Source of the DNA: a virus
Taxonomy: Duplodnaviria; Caudoviricetes
DNA: 59,528 nucleotides
Strand: one strand, 5' to 3'
Virus record (IMG/VR): IMGVR_UViG_3300037780_000215
Location: 1 to 59,528 of that record
A program made the translations under genes and the position numbers. Below the pieces are notes generated by a model that ran no database searches, was not told the DNA's origin, and saw nothing but the letters and a program-made list of their open reading frames with translations. Shown here piece after piece: positions 18,844-27,861 of this stretch (position 1 is its first letter; the number at the start of each line of letters is the position of its first letter).

Positions 18844-19466
18844 AGGACCTCCTCGAGGGAAGCGCGGCGGAAGCACTTCAGATGCGTCCGTGCCGAGCAG
18901 TTCACGACGTCGACGCCGCGTGCCTTGATCGCGGGAACCAGGGACGGAAACTTCGCGCCCATCGTGTTTTCGTAATCGACGTGCGGCTTGTAGGCGTCGT
19001 GGCCACCGTGGCAGTGGGTTTGACCGCCGGTCCCCTTCATGCAGTCGAAACCGACCAGCACGATCTTCGATGCGCCGGTCTCCAGAGCGAGATGGAGAGC
19101 CTGGTATCCACTGTTGGAGCCGTGCCGTATCCGCCCCGGATCCGGGTCAAATCCGACGTCACCCGTTGCCTTGAGCCAGCCGTCTACCCAGGCGTCCGGG
19201 ACGGTCTCGCTCAATGTCGTCCTGATGCCGGCGAAGTGCTGGACGGACTGGATGTGCCAGGTCCACCATTTCGCATCGCAGGCATGCAGCCAGTCCGCCC
19301 ACCAGCACCAGAAGACCGCGTCATTCACCGCGATCACCCGGCAACGCCCCTCCAGTCTCGCCTTCGCGATCCTGCGGACCTGCGCGAAGCTCAGCGACGG
19401 GCCGCCGGCGACGATGGCTACGGTACTCCCGGGCCATGTCGGTACGGCGCGGAAGGGCCGCGCCAT
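18840..19466 (-). CDS. Maf/DUF115-like (CstII-fold) putative nonulosonate transferase
   Basis: AIVAGGPSL, VIAVND, GSNSGYQALHLA..GASKIVLVGFD, VVNCS. Confidence 0.7.
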   Translation of the reverse strand: MARPFRAVPTWPGSTVAIVAGGPSLSFAQVRRIAKARLEGRCRVIAVNDAVFWCWWADWLHACDAKWWTWHIQSVQHFAGIRTTLSETVPDAWVDGWLKATGDVGFDPDPGRIRHGSNSGYQALHLALETGASKIVLVGFDCMKGTGGQTHCHGGHDAYKPHVDYENTMGAKFPSLVPAIKARGVDVVNCSARTHLKCFRRASLEEVL

Positions 19467-19471
19467 GGTTG

Positions 19472-19762
19472 TTACAGCGCCTCAAGGGCCTTCAGGATCG
19501 CGGCCTTCGTCCCGGGTATATTGTCGCCCAGCAGCTTGGCTGCTTCGCTCTTGAAGGTCAGGAACGGCACCCCGGACCCCTTCTGCCCCATGGCGATGAC
19601 TTCGGCGGCCGTTTTCGGCTCCGGCGTCAGTTTGAGCCCATGAACCTTCGGGGTTTCGTCCGGCTTTACAGCGGATCCGTTGGCAAGAGCCGCCTGCGCC
19701 TCGAGGACGGGAAGGTCGACGATCTGACCGGCCAAGCGGCCGACAAGCGTTCTTACGAGCAT
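19472..19762 (-). CDS. Hypothetical head-module protein
   Basis: GGAAGGAG RBS; position downstream of the decoration gene. Confidence 0.65.
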   Translation of the reverse strand: MLVRTLVGRLAGQIVDLPVLEAQAALANGSAVKPDETPKVHGLKLTPEPKTAAEVIAMGQKGSGVPFLTFKSEAAKLLGDNIPGTKAAILKALEAL

Positions 19763-19780
19763 GGGTTTCTCCTTCCATGC

Positions 19781-19809
19781 AAAAGACGCAGAGCCGAAGC
19801 TCTGCGTCT
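19781..19809 (-). terminator. Intrinsic terminator after capsid/decoration genes
   Basis: AGACGCAGAGC-TTCG-GCTCTGCGTCT then T run on the minus strand. Confidence 0.75.
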
Positions 19810-19832
19810 CTCATTGCAGAAGCCGCCTTCGC

Positions 19833-20306
19833 TTACGCGATGGCGGTGGCCGACTGGTCGCCGCTGTAGCGAGCGCCGGACAGAACGGCGACCACGGACG
19901 CAAGGACCGAATTGCCGGACGCATTCGTGATCTCGACCTCAATCCAGTCGAAGCCATCGCTCAGGGCGGAGGCGTCGATTTCGATGACGTAGAACACGTT
20001 GTCATTCGCCGTCGGCGTGACGCCCGCCGCCGACACCGCCTGCTTCGCGCCGAGAGTGTCGCCGTTCGCCGTGGTCTCGGCGAAGTAGTCGAAGCCGATC
20101 GCGTTCTTGTTGCCGTCGCTCTCGGCGTCGGCTTCGTGCACGAGGATCTTGGTCGCAGCCGCGGCACTGGCGCCGATCGCGACAATGATGCTGGCGTGAC
20201 CATGATGGTTCATCTTGAACCGATTGGCGGACACACCGCCATTGACGTCCTGGGGCGGAAGCGCCAGGACCGGATGGCCCTCCTGGGCCAGGTAGAAGCC
20301 TTTCAT
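19833..20306 (-). CDS. Head decoration/cement protein (putative)
   Basis: Immediately after the capsid gene; strong RBS; beta-rich; C-terminal VAVLSGARY. Confidence 0.65.
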   Translation of the reverse strand: MKGFYLAQEGHPVLALPPQDVNGGVSANRFKMNHHGHASIIVAIGASAAAATKILVHEADAESDGNKNAIGFDYFAETTANGDTLGAKQAVSAAGVTPTANDNVFYVIEIDASALSDGFDWIEVEITNASGNSVLASVVAVLSGARYSGDQSATAIA

Positions 20307-20377
20307 GGCTTGTTCCTTTCAGTTCTCAGGAAAACGAAGACGTGGGGCCTGAGCCCCACGTCGGATCGATCTGGGGG

Positions 20378-21742
20378 CTACCGCGCCCCGAGCGCGATGA
20401 AGGGCGATTGCGCCGCCGACCCCTTGTAGGGCGTGATCGGCGACTTCCACATCGGTTGACCGTCGACACGGTAGAGGATGCGGAAGGTCTGCTCGTCGTA
20501 GAGGAAGCGGACGTGCATCGACCAGTCTTCGCGAACCGCACCCTTGTCGATCGTGAGGTACTGATCGAGGTCGGCCAGGACCAGATCGCCGGCAGTGCCG
20601 AGAGAGGCGGCGTACTCGACCGGGATCACCGGGCGCCCCATGAGCAACCCGAACGGCGAGTTGTTGCCGTTGACGCCAGGCGGCGTGTAGAGCAGCGTAA
20701 CGGCCGTTCCCGAACCGAGGGTCAGCGGATACAACTGCGGCTCGATGTCCTGGTTGCACAGCCAGACCGCCGTCCGACGAGAGCGCATCGGCAGACGGGC
20801 CCACATCTTCAAGATGTTTTCCGTCTGGATCGTCTGCGCGGCCTGGCCGGACTCCTTCTCGATCGTAACGAGCGCCGACGAGTTCATCAGGCCAAGCAGT
20901 TTGCCGGTGCCGGTGCCGTTGTAGATGCCGTCTTCAACCTTGAAGGTCAGCTCCTCGCGGAAGGCGCGGCTGAAGTGCTGCGTCAGGATATTGGAGTCCT
21001 GAAGCATTTCTTCCGTCGCATAGCCGAGGCCGAACAGCTTGTTCAGTTTCAGCTCCATCTCGCGATACGTCGGCTTGCTCGCCGTCACCGTGGCCGCTTC
21101 ATCCGCCCAATAGCCCTGGACACCGCCCCAACGGGACCCGTTCGCGCGGCTGGTCTCGTCCACCGCAGGGATATTCATCCCGTTGGCATTCGAAGAGATG
21201 CTGTAGCGACGAACGCGGCTGGACAGTTCACCGCCCGAGAACAGCGTCTCGACAATCGGCTCGCCGATATCGGACTGCACCAGGAAGCCGCCCTCGGCGG
21301 GAGTGCCCTCGTTCGAGCCGGAGGCCGCCTGATACCCCTTGCCGGGGCGGTACAGGCTTTGAAGGCGCGGATCCCATTCGCTCTGCGGGACGTGGCCTTG
21401 GGCGGCATGGGCAACGGCCTGCAGCTGCTCGCCGAGCGAAGCAAACTTGGGCCCATCATCGGTGCGACCCGCTTGGCCAGCGGCGATAGCGGCCTGGCCA
21501 GAGCGATCCGCTTCCGCGTCATCCAGATCCAGAGCCGCTTCGGAGGTACGGCGCTCTTCGTCGATCTTCATCTGCCGATCGATCTTAGCGTTCAGGCGGG
21601 CGATGGAATCATCGCCGTCTTCGCCCATCAGTTCGTCCAGCCGGGACTGCTCGTCGTCGGTCAGGGTGTCCTTGGCGTTCAGCTCGGCAGCTTCGTCCAG
21701 AAGCTCCTTCTTGCGCTGACGCAGCGTAGCGAGGATTTTCAT
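20378..21742 (-). CDS. Major capsid protein, HK97 fold with N-terminal delta domain
   Basis: AEGGFLVQ, WADEA, IYNGTGTGKLLG, LMGRPVIPVE, FRILYRVDGQP. Confidence 0.95.
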   Translation of the reverse strand: MKILATLRQRKKELLDEAAELNAKDTLTDDEQSRLDELMGEDGDDSIARLNAKIDRQMKIDEERRTSEAALDLDDAEADRSGQAAIAAGQAGRTDDGPKFASLGEQLQAVAHAAQGHVPQSEWDPRLQSLYRPGKGYQAASGSNEGTPAEGGFLVQSDIGEPIVETLFSGGELSSRVRRYSISSNANGMNIPAVDETSRANGSRWGGVQGYWADEAATVTASKPTYREMELKLNKLFGLGYATEEMLQDSNILTQHFSRAFREELTFKVEDGIYNGTGTGKLLGLMNSSALVTIEKESGQAAQTIQTENILKMWARLPMRSRRTAVWLCNQDIEPQLYPLTLGSGTAVTLLYTPPGVNGNNSPFGLLMGRPVIPVEYAASLGTAGDLVLADLDQYLTIDKGAVREDWSMHVRFLYDEQTFRILYRVDGQPMWKSPITPYKGSAAQSPFIALGAR

Positions 21743-21875
21743 ATCCTGTTCCTTCCATGAAAAAGCCCGCCGGGTCAGGGCGGGCGTGGTCAATCGCTGC
21801 GGGCCAGCGCGGGACCGCAGGGCTATGCCGGGGTCACGGTCTCAACGGAGCCGCTACCCGGAATTCTGTGTTGGC

Positions 21876-23063
21876 CTATCCGAGCTCGAGGAGACGGAGG
21901 CGCCGGGTGTTGGCCTCAGCATTCGCGGGCCGGACGTCGGGCGTCGCGACCTCGTCCTGCGGCTCGTCATCGCCGGCGGGTTCGGCAGGCCCGGCCTCGG
22001 TCTCGGCGGGCTGATCGTCCGCGCGATCGGCCGGGTCTTCCTCGGCGTCGACTTCCGGCTCCGCTACGATCACGCCAGCCTCGAGCGCTTCGTCGACCGT
22101 CAAGACAGCCTCATCATCCGCCTCGCCGACCACTCTGGGGTCATGGGCCTCCGCGCCGCTAAGCACGAGTGCGGCGCCAGTCTGCGGCCCACTGACCGGC
22201 GCCAGCTTCAGGCGCGACAGGGCGACATCCACGGTCGCGACAACGTCGATCAGGCCCGCCTTTTTGGCGTCAGCCGCCATGAAGGTTCGGCCCATGCCGA
22301 AATTCTCCTCGACAACCGAGCGCTCGACGCCCCGGCCGCGCGCGACGGCCGCCGTGAACTGCCGGTAGATCTTGTTGACCTCGCCCTGGTAGTAGTCGCG
22401 GGTTTCATCGGACATCGGGAAGAACCAGGACCCCTCCGTCTTGTGGCCGCCCTCCGGCGCCTCGATGAACTCGGGCTTCATTCCGGTCCCGGCCCAGAAC
22501 TCGCTGTCGTCCCAATGGAGCTGATAGACACCGATCGAACCGATATCGGCTGACGGGACCGCGATGATCTCGCTGGCCTGGCTGGCGAGCCAGTAGCCGG
22601 CCGAGGCGCAGAGCGGATTGACCAGCGCCACCACCTTCTTGCGCTTCGCCGCGGCATAGATCGCGTCGGCCGCCTCGGGCGTGCCGGTGACGACCCCGCC
22701 GGGGCTGTCGATGTCCAGCACAATCATCCCTACCGCCGGATCGTTGGCGAGCGCGTTGACGCGCTGGGCCAGAAGCGCCGTCGAGAACACATAGGGCTGG
22801 AACTCGAAATCGTACATCGCGGTACCGCGGGCATAGACGATCGCGGTCGCCTTGCCGCCGCGCGGGCCCGGGATGATCTGCGGCTCGCCGATGCGGGCCT
22901 CCATTTCGATCTCGATTTCGTCGACCTCGAACGCGGCTCGCACGTCGCCATCGCTCGCCCGCGGGTTCATGGCGCGGACGATGTGCTCGGCCCGGCGTTG
23001 ATCCATTGCCCAGACCGCGGAGCAGGTCCGGGACAGTTCCTTGCGCAGCGCAGTCAGGTTCAT
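21876..23063 (-). CDS. Prohead protease, S49 (SppA/ClpP-like) family
   Basis: IVLDIDSPGGVVTG, CASAGYWLASQA, IGSIGV; ATGA overlap with portal gene. Confidence 0.92.
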   Translation of the reverse strand: MNLTALRKELSRTCSAVWAMDQRRAEHIVRAMNPRASDGDVRAAFEVDEIEIEMEARIGEPQIIPGPRGGKATAIVYARGTAMYDFEFQPYVFSTALLAQRVNALANDPAVGMIVLDIDSPGGVVTGTPEAADAIYAAAKRKKVVALVNPLCASAGYWLASQASEIIAVPSADIGSIGVYQLHWDDSEFWAGTGMKPEFIEAPEGGHKTEGSWFFPMSDETRDYYQGEVNKIYRQFTAAVARGRGVERSVVEENFGMGRTFMAADAKKAGLIDVVATVDVALSRLKLAPVSGPQTGAALVLSGAEAHDPRVVGEADDEAVLTVDEALEAGVIVAEPEVDAEEDPADRADDQPAETEAGPAEPAGDDEPQDEVATPDVRPANAEANTRRLRLLELG

Positions 23064-24613
23064 GACGCTTCCTTCCATTGCGAGATTTGCCCAGCGATTT
23101 CCGCGGGCGCGGTGTCCTCGCGGCTGGCGAGGTAGGTTTCGGTGTCGTTCGCAGTGAGCAGCTGGTCGCGCGAGAACGCGCAGTACGCGCGAGCTGCCGC
23201 CTTCGGGATATCCAGGGCGTCCATCACCGATGCGACCTGGCTGCCGTAGAAGGCCTTCGCCCATTCACGAAACGCATCGAAATCCGCTGCGTGGCGCATC
23301 AGCGCCTTGCGGATCGCGGTGTGCTCGCGCGCGATCATGCGTTCCGCGACCTGTTCGATGCTCGGCTCAGCATCGGCACGGCTCGTCGGCGCCGAGGCCG
23401 GCCCATTGGTCGGCATCACGAACTGGCCGACTTCAGGCACCGCGTTCATGCCCTCGGTGACACGAACCTCTTCGGGCGTCATCCAGGGGGCGTGACCGCC
23501 GGAGCCGAGCGCCTTGGCGTAGTATTCGGCCCGGGTCTTCTGGTCGCCGCGCTGGAGACCGTCGAGATTGAACTTCACGAAATACTTGCCGGGCACGAAG
23601 ATGAGATCGCGCCGAATGGCCTGTTCGATGCGCTTCACCCAGGGGCGCAGCGTGTATTTGACGAAGTTGAGCGATTGCTCTTCGACCGTCGACCGGTTGG
23701 TCTGATCGTCGATGCCGAGCATGTGCAGAGGAATCCGCCAATACCGGGCGATTTCGCTGATCTGCCACTTCCGGGCTTCGAGGAGCTGGGCCTCGCTGGC
23801 GTCCATCGAGGCCTGCTTGAAGTCCATACCCTCCTGCAGAAGCATCGGTCGGCCGACGTTCTGGCCGCCGGCATAGTATTTCGTCAGCGACGCGATCATG
23901 TTCTTTTGCGCCTCGATCGACAGCTTTCCTGGGTGAACCAGAAATCCACCCATGTTCAGCTTGTTGTCGAACACGCGCGAGGCGTAGTTGTCGGCGGCGA
24001 TCCCCAGCCCGATCGCGTCGGCGGCCAGATCGACGGCGCCCAGACCGGTCGCCGCATTGCGCGACATCCCCGGGATCCGAAACATCTCGTCTTGCAGAAG
24101 CCGGCGCTTCCTGTCCTGGAACCGGTCGTGGAACTCGTAGCGCAGCGTCCGGTCCCGCATCATCTCTCGCCGGATCGACGTGTCCACGATGGGTTCGAGC
24201 TCGGCGATATTGCCGGACCGGTCCGAAATGATCTCGGCGACGCCCTCACCGTCCAGGGCCGCCCACAGGATTATGGTTTCCCAGAACTCGACGCTGGTCT
24301 GCCGGCGGTTCGGCTGCCAGCGGATGACTTCCTCGAGCGGGTGCCCAGTCGCAACATGCCGGCCGGCGGCGTCCTCGTAGTAGACCCGCTTCGGCAGCGT
24401 CGCGATGGTTTCGGCCAGCACCTTGACGCAAGCCAGGACGGCCGAGGCCTTCAGCGCGATGTCCGCGGTCACGCGAACCGGCGAGCCATTGGCCCCGATC
24501 GGCTCGTACCAGAAGTCGGACCCTGGGCCCGGGTTCTTCCTCGGGCCGAGGCTCGCGACGACAGCACCGAGTGCGCGACCTACGGGCCGGGAGACAGTCT
24601 CGAAAATGCTCAT
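23060..24613 (-). CDS. Portal protein, HK97 family
   Basis: AVLACVKVLAETIATLP, PNRRQT, QLLEARKWQISEIAR, TLRPW..IEQ. Confidence 0.95.
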   Translation of the reverse strand: MSIFETVSRPVGRALGAVVASLGPRKNPGPGSDFWYEPIGANGSPVRVTADIALKASAVLACVKVLAETIATLPKRVYYEDAAGRHVATGHPLEEVIRWQPNRRQTSVEFWETIILWAALDGEGVAEIISDRSGNIAELEPIVDTSIRREMMRDRTLRYEFHDRFQDRKRRLLQDEMFRIPGMSRNAATGLGAVDLAADAIGLGIAADNYASRVFDNKLNMGGFLVHPGKLSIEAQKNMIASLTKYYAGGQNVGRPMLLQEGMDFKQASMDASEAQLLEARKWQISEIARYWRIPLHMLGIDDQTNRSTVEEQSLNFVKYTLRPWVKRIEQAIRRDLIFVPGKYFVKFNLDGLQRGDQKTRAEYYAKALGSGGHAPWMTPEEVRVTEGMNAVPEVGQFVMPTNGPASAPTSRADAEPSIEQVAERMIAREHTAIRKALMRHAADFDAFREWAKAFYGSQVASVMDALDIPKAAARAYCAFSRDQLLTANDTETYLASREDTAPAEIAGQISQWKEAS

Positions 24614-24627
24614 TCTCCATCGTCTCC

Positions 24628-26283
24628 CTAGACGTAGAATTCTTCGCTTTCATAGACCGAGGGCCCGTGCTCGGTTTCGAAGCGCTTCGCTATGCCCAGA
24701 GCCATCGCCAGCGTCACCGCACCGTCGATCCGCAGCAGGGCCGCCTTGTTGGACTTCTCTTTGTCGATCTTCAGATTGCCGGCCGGGTCGGAGACCGTGA
24801 TTGCGTTCGCGACGCAGGCGGTCAGAACCGGATTGTCGCCGTGCCGGATCCGACCAGTCAGCGCGCATTCGGCGAACTGCTCGACGGCTGGCGCCATATC
24901 CTTGAAGCCCTGGCCATAGGGTTCAAGCGGCAACTCCTCGAGCCCCATGTCGGCCAGATCGGCTTTCAGATCGTCGATCCTCCAGCGGTCGAAGCCGATG
25001 GTCTGGATATCGAACCGGCCCATCAGGTCCGCGATCGTCTTGGCCATGTAGCGATATCGGATCGTCGCGCCGGGAACCGCTTCGATGAACCCGCGGTCGA
25101 TCCACTGCTGCATCAGTTTGCGCTCGCGTTCCTTGCGGAGCTCCATCGCGCCTTCCGGCGTCCAGAAGTAAGCGAGCACGTCGTAGACCGGCTCTTCGCT
25201 ATCGTCGGGAAAGACGAGCGTCAGGCTGGTCAGGTCGTTCTTGCCCGACAGGTCGAGACCGCCGTAGCACTTCCGGCCGGCCAGATCGTCTGGATGGATC
25301 ACGTCACCCCCGCATGCCTTCCAGACCGGCTTCGTGACGATGCGAGCATCTGCGTTCGCATCGACGCGCTGGTTCAGCCTCAGATTTCGAAATGCCGGCT
25401 CGAACGCCGGCGAGCGCCGCGCCCTCTCCGCCTCCTTCAGGAGTGTGCCCAGGTCGAGAAAGTGATCGACCGCGGGATTGCAGGCCCGGATCGTCTCCTC
25501 CGCAAACGGGTCCGCATCCTCCGGCGCGGCGGAAAGATGAAGCACCATCGACTTGTCCAGCCCGAGCAGGGCGTCGTCGATCAGCTGCGAGAGCGGATGA
25601 TCGTCGGTTGCCGCCTGGGTGGAGATCACCATCCCGAGCGACCGCTTTCGCTTGCCGCGCGCCGTGATCAGGTTGTCCAGCAGCTCGCGCGACTTCGCCT
25701 GAGCGAGCTCGTCGTAGACCCAGAACGACGGCGCCAGGCCGTGGGCCCGACGAGCATCCTGCGACAGTGCCTCGTAGACCGACCCGTATCCGTCGTGCTC
25801 CGGATCCGTGACCTCGATCTTCTTGTGGAACCGCTGAATGTTCACGACGGCCGCGAACTCCGGCACCGCCAGGATTATCGCCTCCATCTCGTTGAACATG
25901 ATGCCGGCCTGCTGCCGGTCGATGCCGGCCGAGTAGCACTCGCCGCGCGGCTCACATTCCGGGCCCACCAGATGACATAGGCCCAGGCCGGCGATCAGCC
26001 CCGTCTTTCCGTTCCCGCGCGGTTCGGACTTGATGGCCAGATCGAGCCCCTGCCCGACCGCCTCGTCTCCGTAGACCTGCTCAATGAATTCCCGCTGCTC
26101 CGGCAGAAGCTTCATCTTCGTGCCGGCGATCAGCCCTTTCGTGATCGGGAGGAATTCCAGGAACGCGACGACACGTTCGACCCGGCTCAGGCCCTTTTTC
26201 TTCCACGGCATTCGCCGCTTTGACTTCTCAGCCTCAGCCCGGGCCGCCTTTGCGCGCTGGGCCCCAGGGCCGCGAAGTCCCAT
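24628..26283 (-). CDS. Terminase large subunit
   Basis: PRGNGKT Walker A, VYDE Walker B, ISTQ, GGLDLS..DLT and RIDGAV nuclease motifs. Confidence 0.95.
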   Translation of the reverse strand: MGLRGPGAQRAKAARAEAEKSKRRMPWKKKGLSRVERVVAFLEFLPITKGLIAGTKMKLLPEQREFIEQVYGDEAVGQGLDLAIKSEPRGNGKTGLIAGLGLCHLVGPECEPRGECYSAGIDRQQAGIMFNEMEAIILAVPEFAAVVNIQRFHKKIEVTDPEHDGYGSVYEALSQDARRAHGLAPSFWVYDELAQAKSRELLDNLITARGKRKRSLGMVISTQAATDDHPLSQLIDDALLGLDKSMVLHLSAAPEDADPFAEETIRACNPAVDHFLDLGTLLKEAERARRSPAFEPAFRNLRLNQRVDANADARIVTKPVWKACGGDVIHPDDLAGRKCYGGLDLSGKNDLTSLTLVFPDDSEEPVYDVLAYFWTPEGAMELRKERERKLMQQWIDRGFIEAVPGATIRYRYMAKTIADLMGRFDIQTIGFDRWRIDDLKADLADMGLEELPLEPYGQGFKDMAPAVEQFAECALTGRIRHGDNPVLTACVANAITVSDPAGNLKIDKEKSNKAALLRIDGAVTLAMALGIAKRFETEHGPSVYESEEFYV

Positions 26284-26490
26284 GCATCACCTTTTGGCTG
26301 CTGCGATTTTTGATTTTCGTTGGCCGATCAACAACTTGCTGCGGTTCGGCGAAAAATTAATTCTCTCCCACACTCCCCCGCCGGCCCCTTGGCGAACGGC
26401 GCTCGGGAATTCATGCCCCCCCATATCCAATTGAATACACGGGACATTTCGGAGCGCTGAGCGCGAGTGAGCGTTGATCGGGGCATCGGT
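26284..26490. other. Probable cos/packaging region
   Basis: Non-coding gap between HNH and terL with G runs and AT tracts, the usual cos position in HK97-like phages; exact cut site not determined. Confidence 0.4.
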
Positions 26491-26826
26491 CTAGCCCCTA
26501 TTGGCGGGGTGTGCGGGATCGATAGGCCAGCCATCGGCGCCTAGGGCGTCGTCATATCCGTGGATTTCTTGGCGCTGCTTGCGCTCGCTGTGGCACCTAG
26601 CGCAAAGCGATTGTGTGTTGTCCGGGTCGATGAATAAGGACCAATCGCCCTTGTGCGGTTCGACATGGTCGACGGTATCAGCGGGCGTGGTCTCACCTTC
26701 GTCCGCGCACATTCGGCACAGAGGCTCGATATTGAGGCGCCATAGGCGCAAGCGGGCCCAGGTCGCGCGCTTGTACCAGCGCCGATAGGCCTGGGCTTCC
26801 TCGCTTCTGGCATCGGCCCGGCTCAT
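26491..26826 (-). CDS. Packaging-associated HNH endonuclease
   Basis: EPLCRMC...VDHVEPHKGD...NTQSLCARCHS. Confidence 0.92.
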   Translation of the reverse strand: MSRADARSEEAQAYRRWYKRATWARLRLWRLNIEPLCRMCADEGETTPADTVDHVEPHKGDWSLFIDPDNTQSLCARCHSERKQRQEIHGYDDALGADGWPIDPAHPANRG

Positions 26827-26895
26827 ATCCGCCCCATATAAGGTGCATATTACGCACGATTTCGCAGTTTCGTGCGGTTTTTTCTACTTTTTCGG

Positions 26896-26923
26896 TTGAC
26901 GTGACACAGGCCTATGGTATGAA
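26896..26923 (+). promoter_or_regulatory. Sigma70-like promoter of the accessory operon
   Basis: TTGACG-N16-TATGAA with TG extension and T-rich upstream region. Confidence 0.5.
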
Positions 26924-26969
26924 GGGGCCATCGGGGCGTTATGCCCGCCACTGCAACGGATGCCTGACT

Positions 26970-27278
26970 ATGCAAGACGCTCTCATTTGGACCGATGCCT
27001 TTTCAAAGTTCGGCTTTGGAGATGGCGACGACACCATCCACACCGAGACTGTGGCTGAATATCTCACCGCGTTCGGCTTCACCGTCGATGTCTATCGCGG
27101 CGGTTGCCACAACGAATACATCACCAGCGTCCGCGGCCCGGACGGCGCCGACCTGATGGACGGCCGCAAAGCGGGATACACCGACCCGCGGTCCTTCATG
27201 CCCGCTGGCATTGTCCGGGCTCTGGATCGCAAATTCGGCGAAGTCATCCCCGAGCTGATGTGCTTCGAATACCGATAA
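26970..27278 (+). CDS. Hypothetical protein (accessory island)
   Basis: GGA RBS; phage-like codon usage. Confidence 0.65.
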   Translation: MQDALIWTDAFSKFGFGDGDDTIHTETVAEYLTAFGFTVDVYRGGCHNEYITSVRGPDGADLMDGRKAGYTDPRSFMPAGIVRALDRKFGEVIPELMCFEYR

Positions 27279-27365
27279 CACCGGATCGCGGCCGCGCCGT
27301 CGGCCGCCTTCCCGTGCGATTGGCACGACTTAGGGCTTTATGCCCGCCGAACCCGGAGAAAAGAC

Positions 27366-27761
27366 ATGACGATCAACGATCAATCGCCAGCCTTTCGCGC
27401 CGCTGAGCTCGCCGCTTTGATTTCCGCAAGCCATCGCGGGGAGGTCTCGCCTTTCCGGATTGCGCGTTTCGTCCGCAGCGTCCAAGCCCTGACGAAGCGA
27501 GCGAAGTCGCACGCCGTGCGGATGTGCAACGAAGCGGATTACGTCGAGCGCTGGCAAGATCCAGAAACGGGCGAAGACCGCAGGCAAGCGAAGTTCGACC
27601 AGAAAGCCGCGGCCCTGATTACGGATTTCTATGACCAAGCCCGGCGCCCGACTCCGATTATGTCGCTCGATATTGGCGGCGATCCGCGCGGCGCTTGCGG
27701 CACCCTCCATATCAAAGGACTTGCCGGAGACGGGTTTGGCGGCGGCTTCCCGATCTACTAG
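27366..27761 (+). CDS. Hypothetical protein (accessory island)
   Basis: GGAG RBS; C-terminal GGDPRGAC motif. Confidence 0.7.
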   Translation: MTINDQSPAFRAAELAALISASHRGEVSPFRIARFVRSVQALTKRAKSHAVRMCNEADYVERWQDPETGEDRRQAKFDQKAAALITDFYDQARRPTPIMSLDIGGDPRGACGTLHIKGLAGDGFGGGFPIY

Positions 27762-27861
27762 CCGCCCGATTAGGCGCCGTTGCACCAGCGGCGGCGCCCT
27801 TTCCGGCCGCTAGATGCCGAAACCGAGGGCTTTGTGCCCGCCATTATTGGAGAATGACGAA

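Noticed and set aside
17486-19466. Classical O-antigen seroconversion (gtrABC-type) cassette
   Set aside because: No membrane flippase or polytopic GT and no independent promoter; the genes are coupled within the late head operon.
9406-26283. Gene transfer agent cluster
   Set aside because: Linked integrase, repressor switch, replication genes and HNH indicate a true temperate phage.
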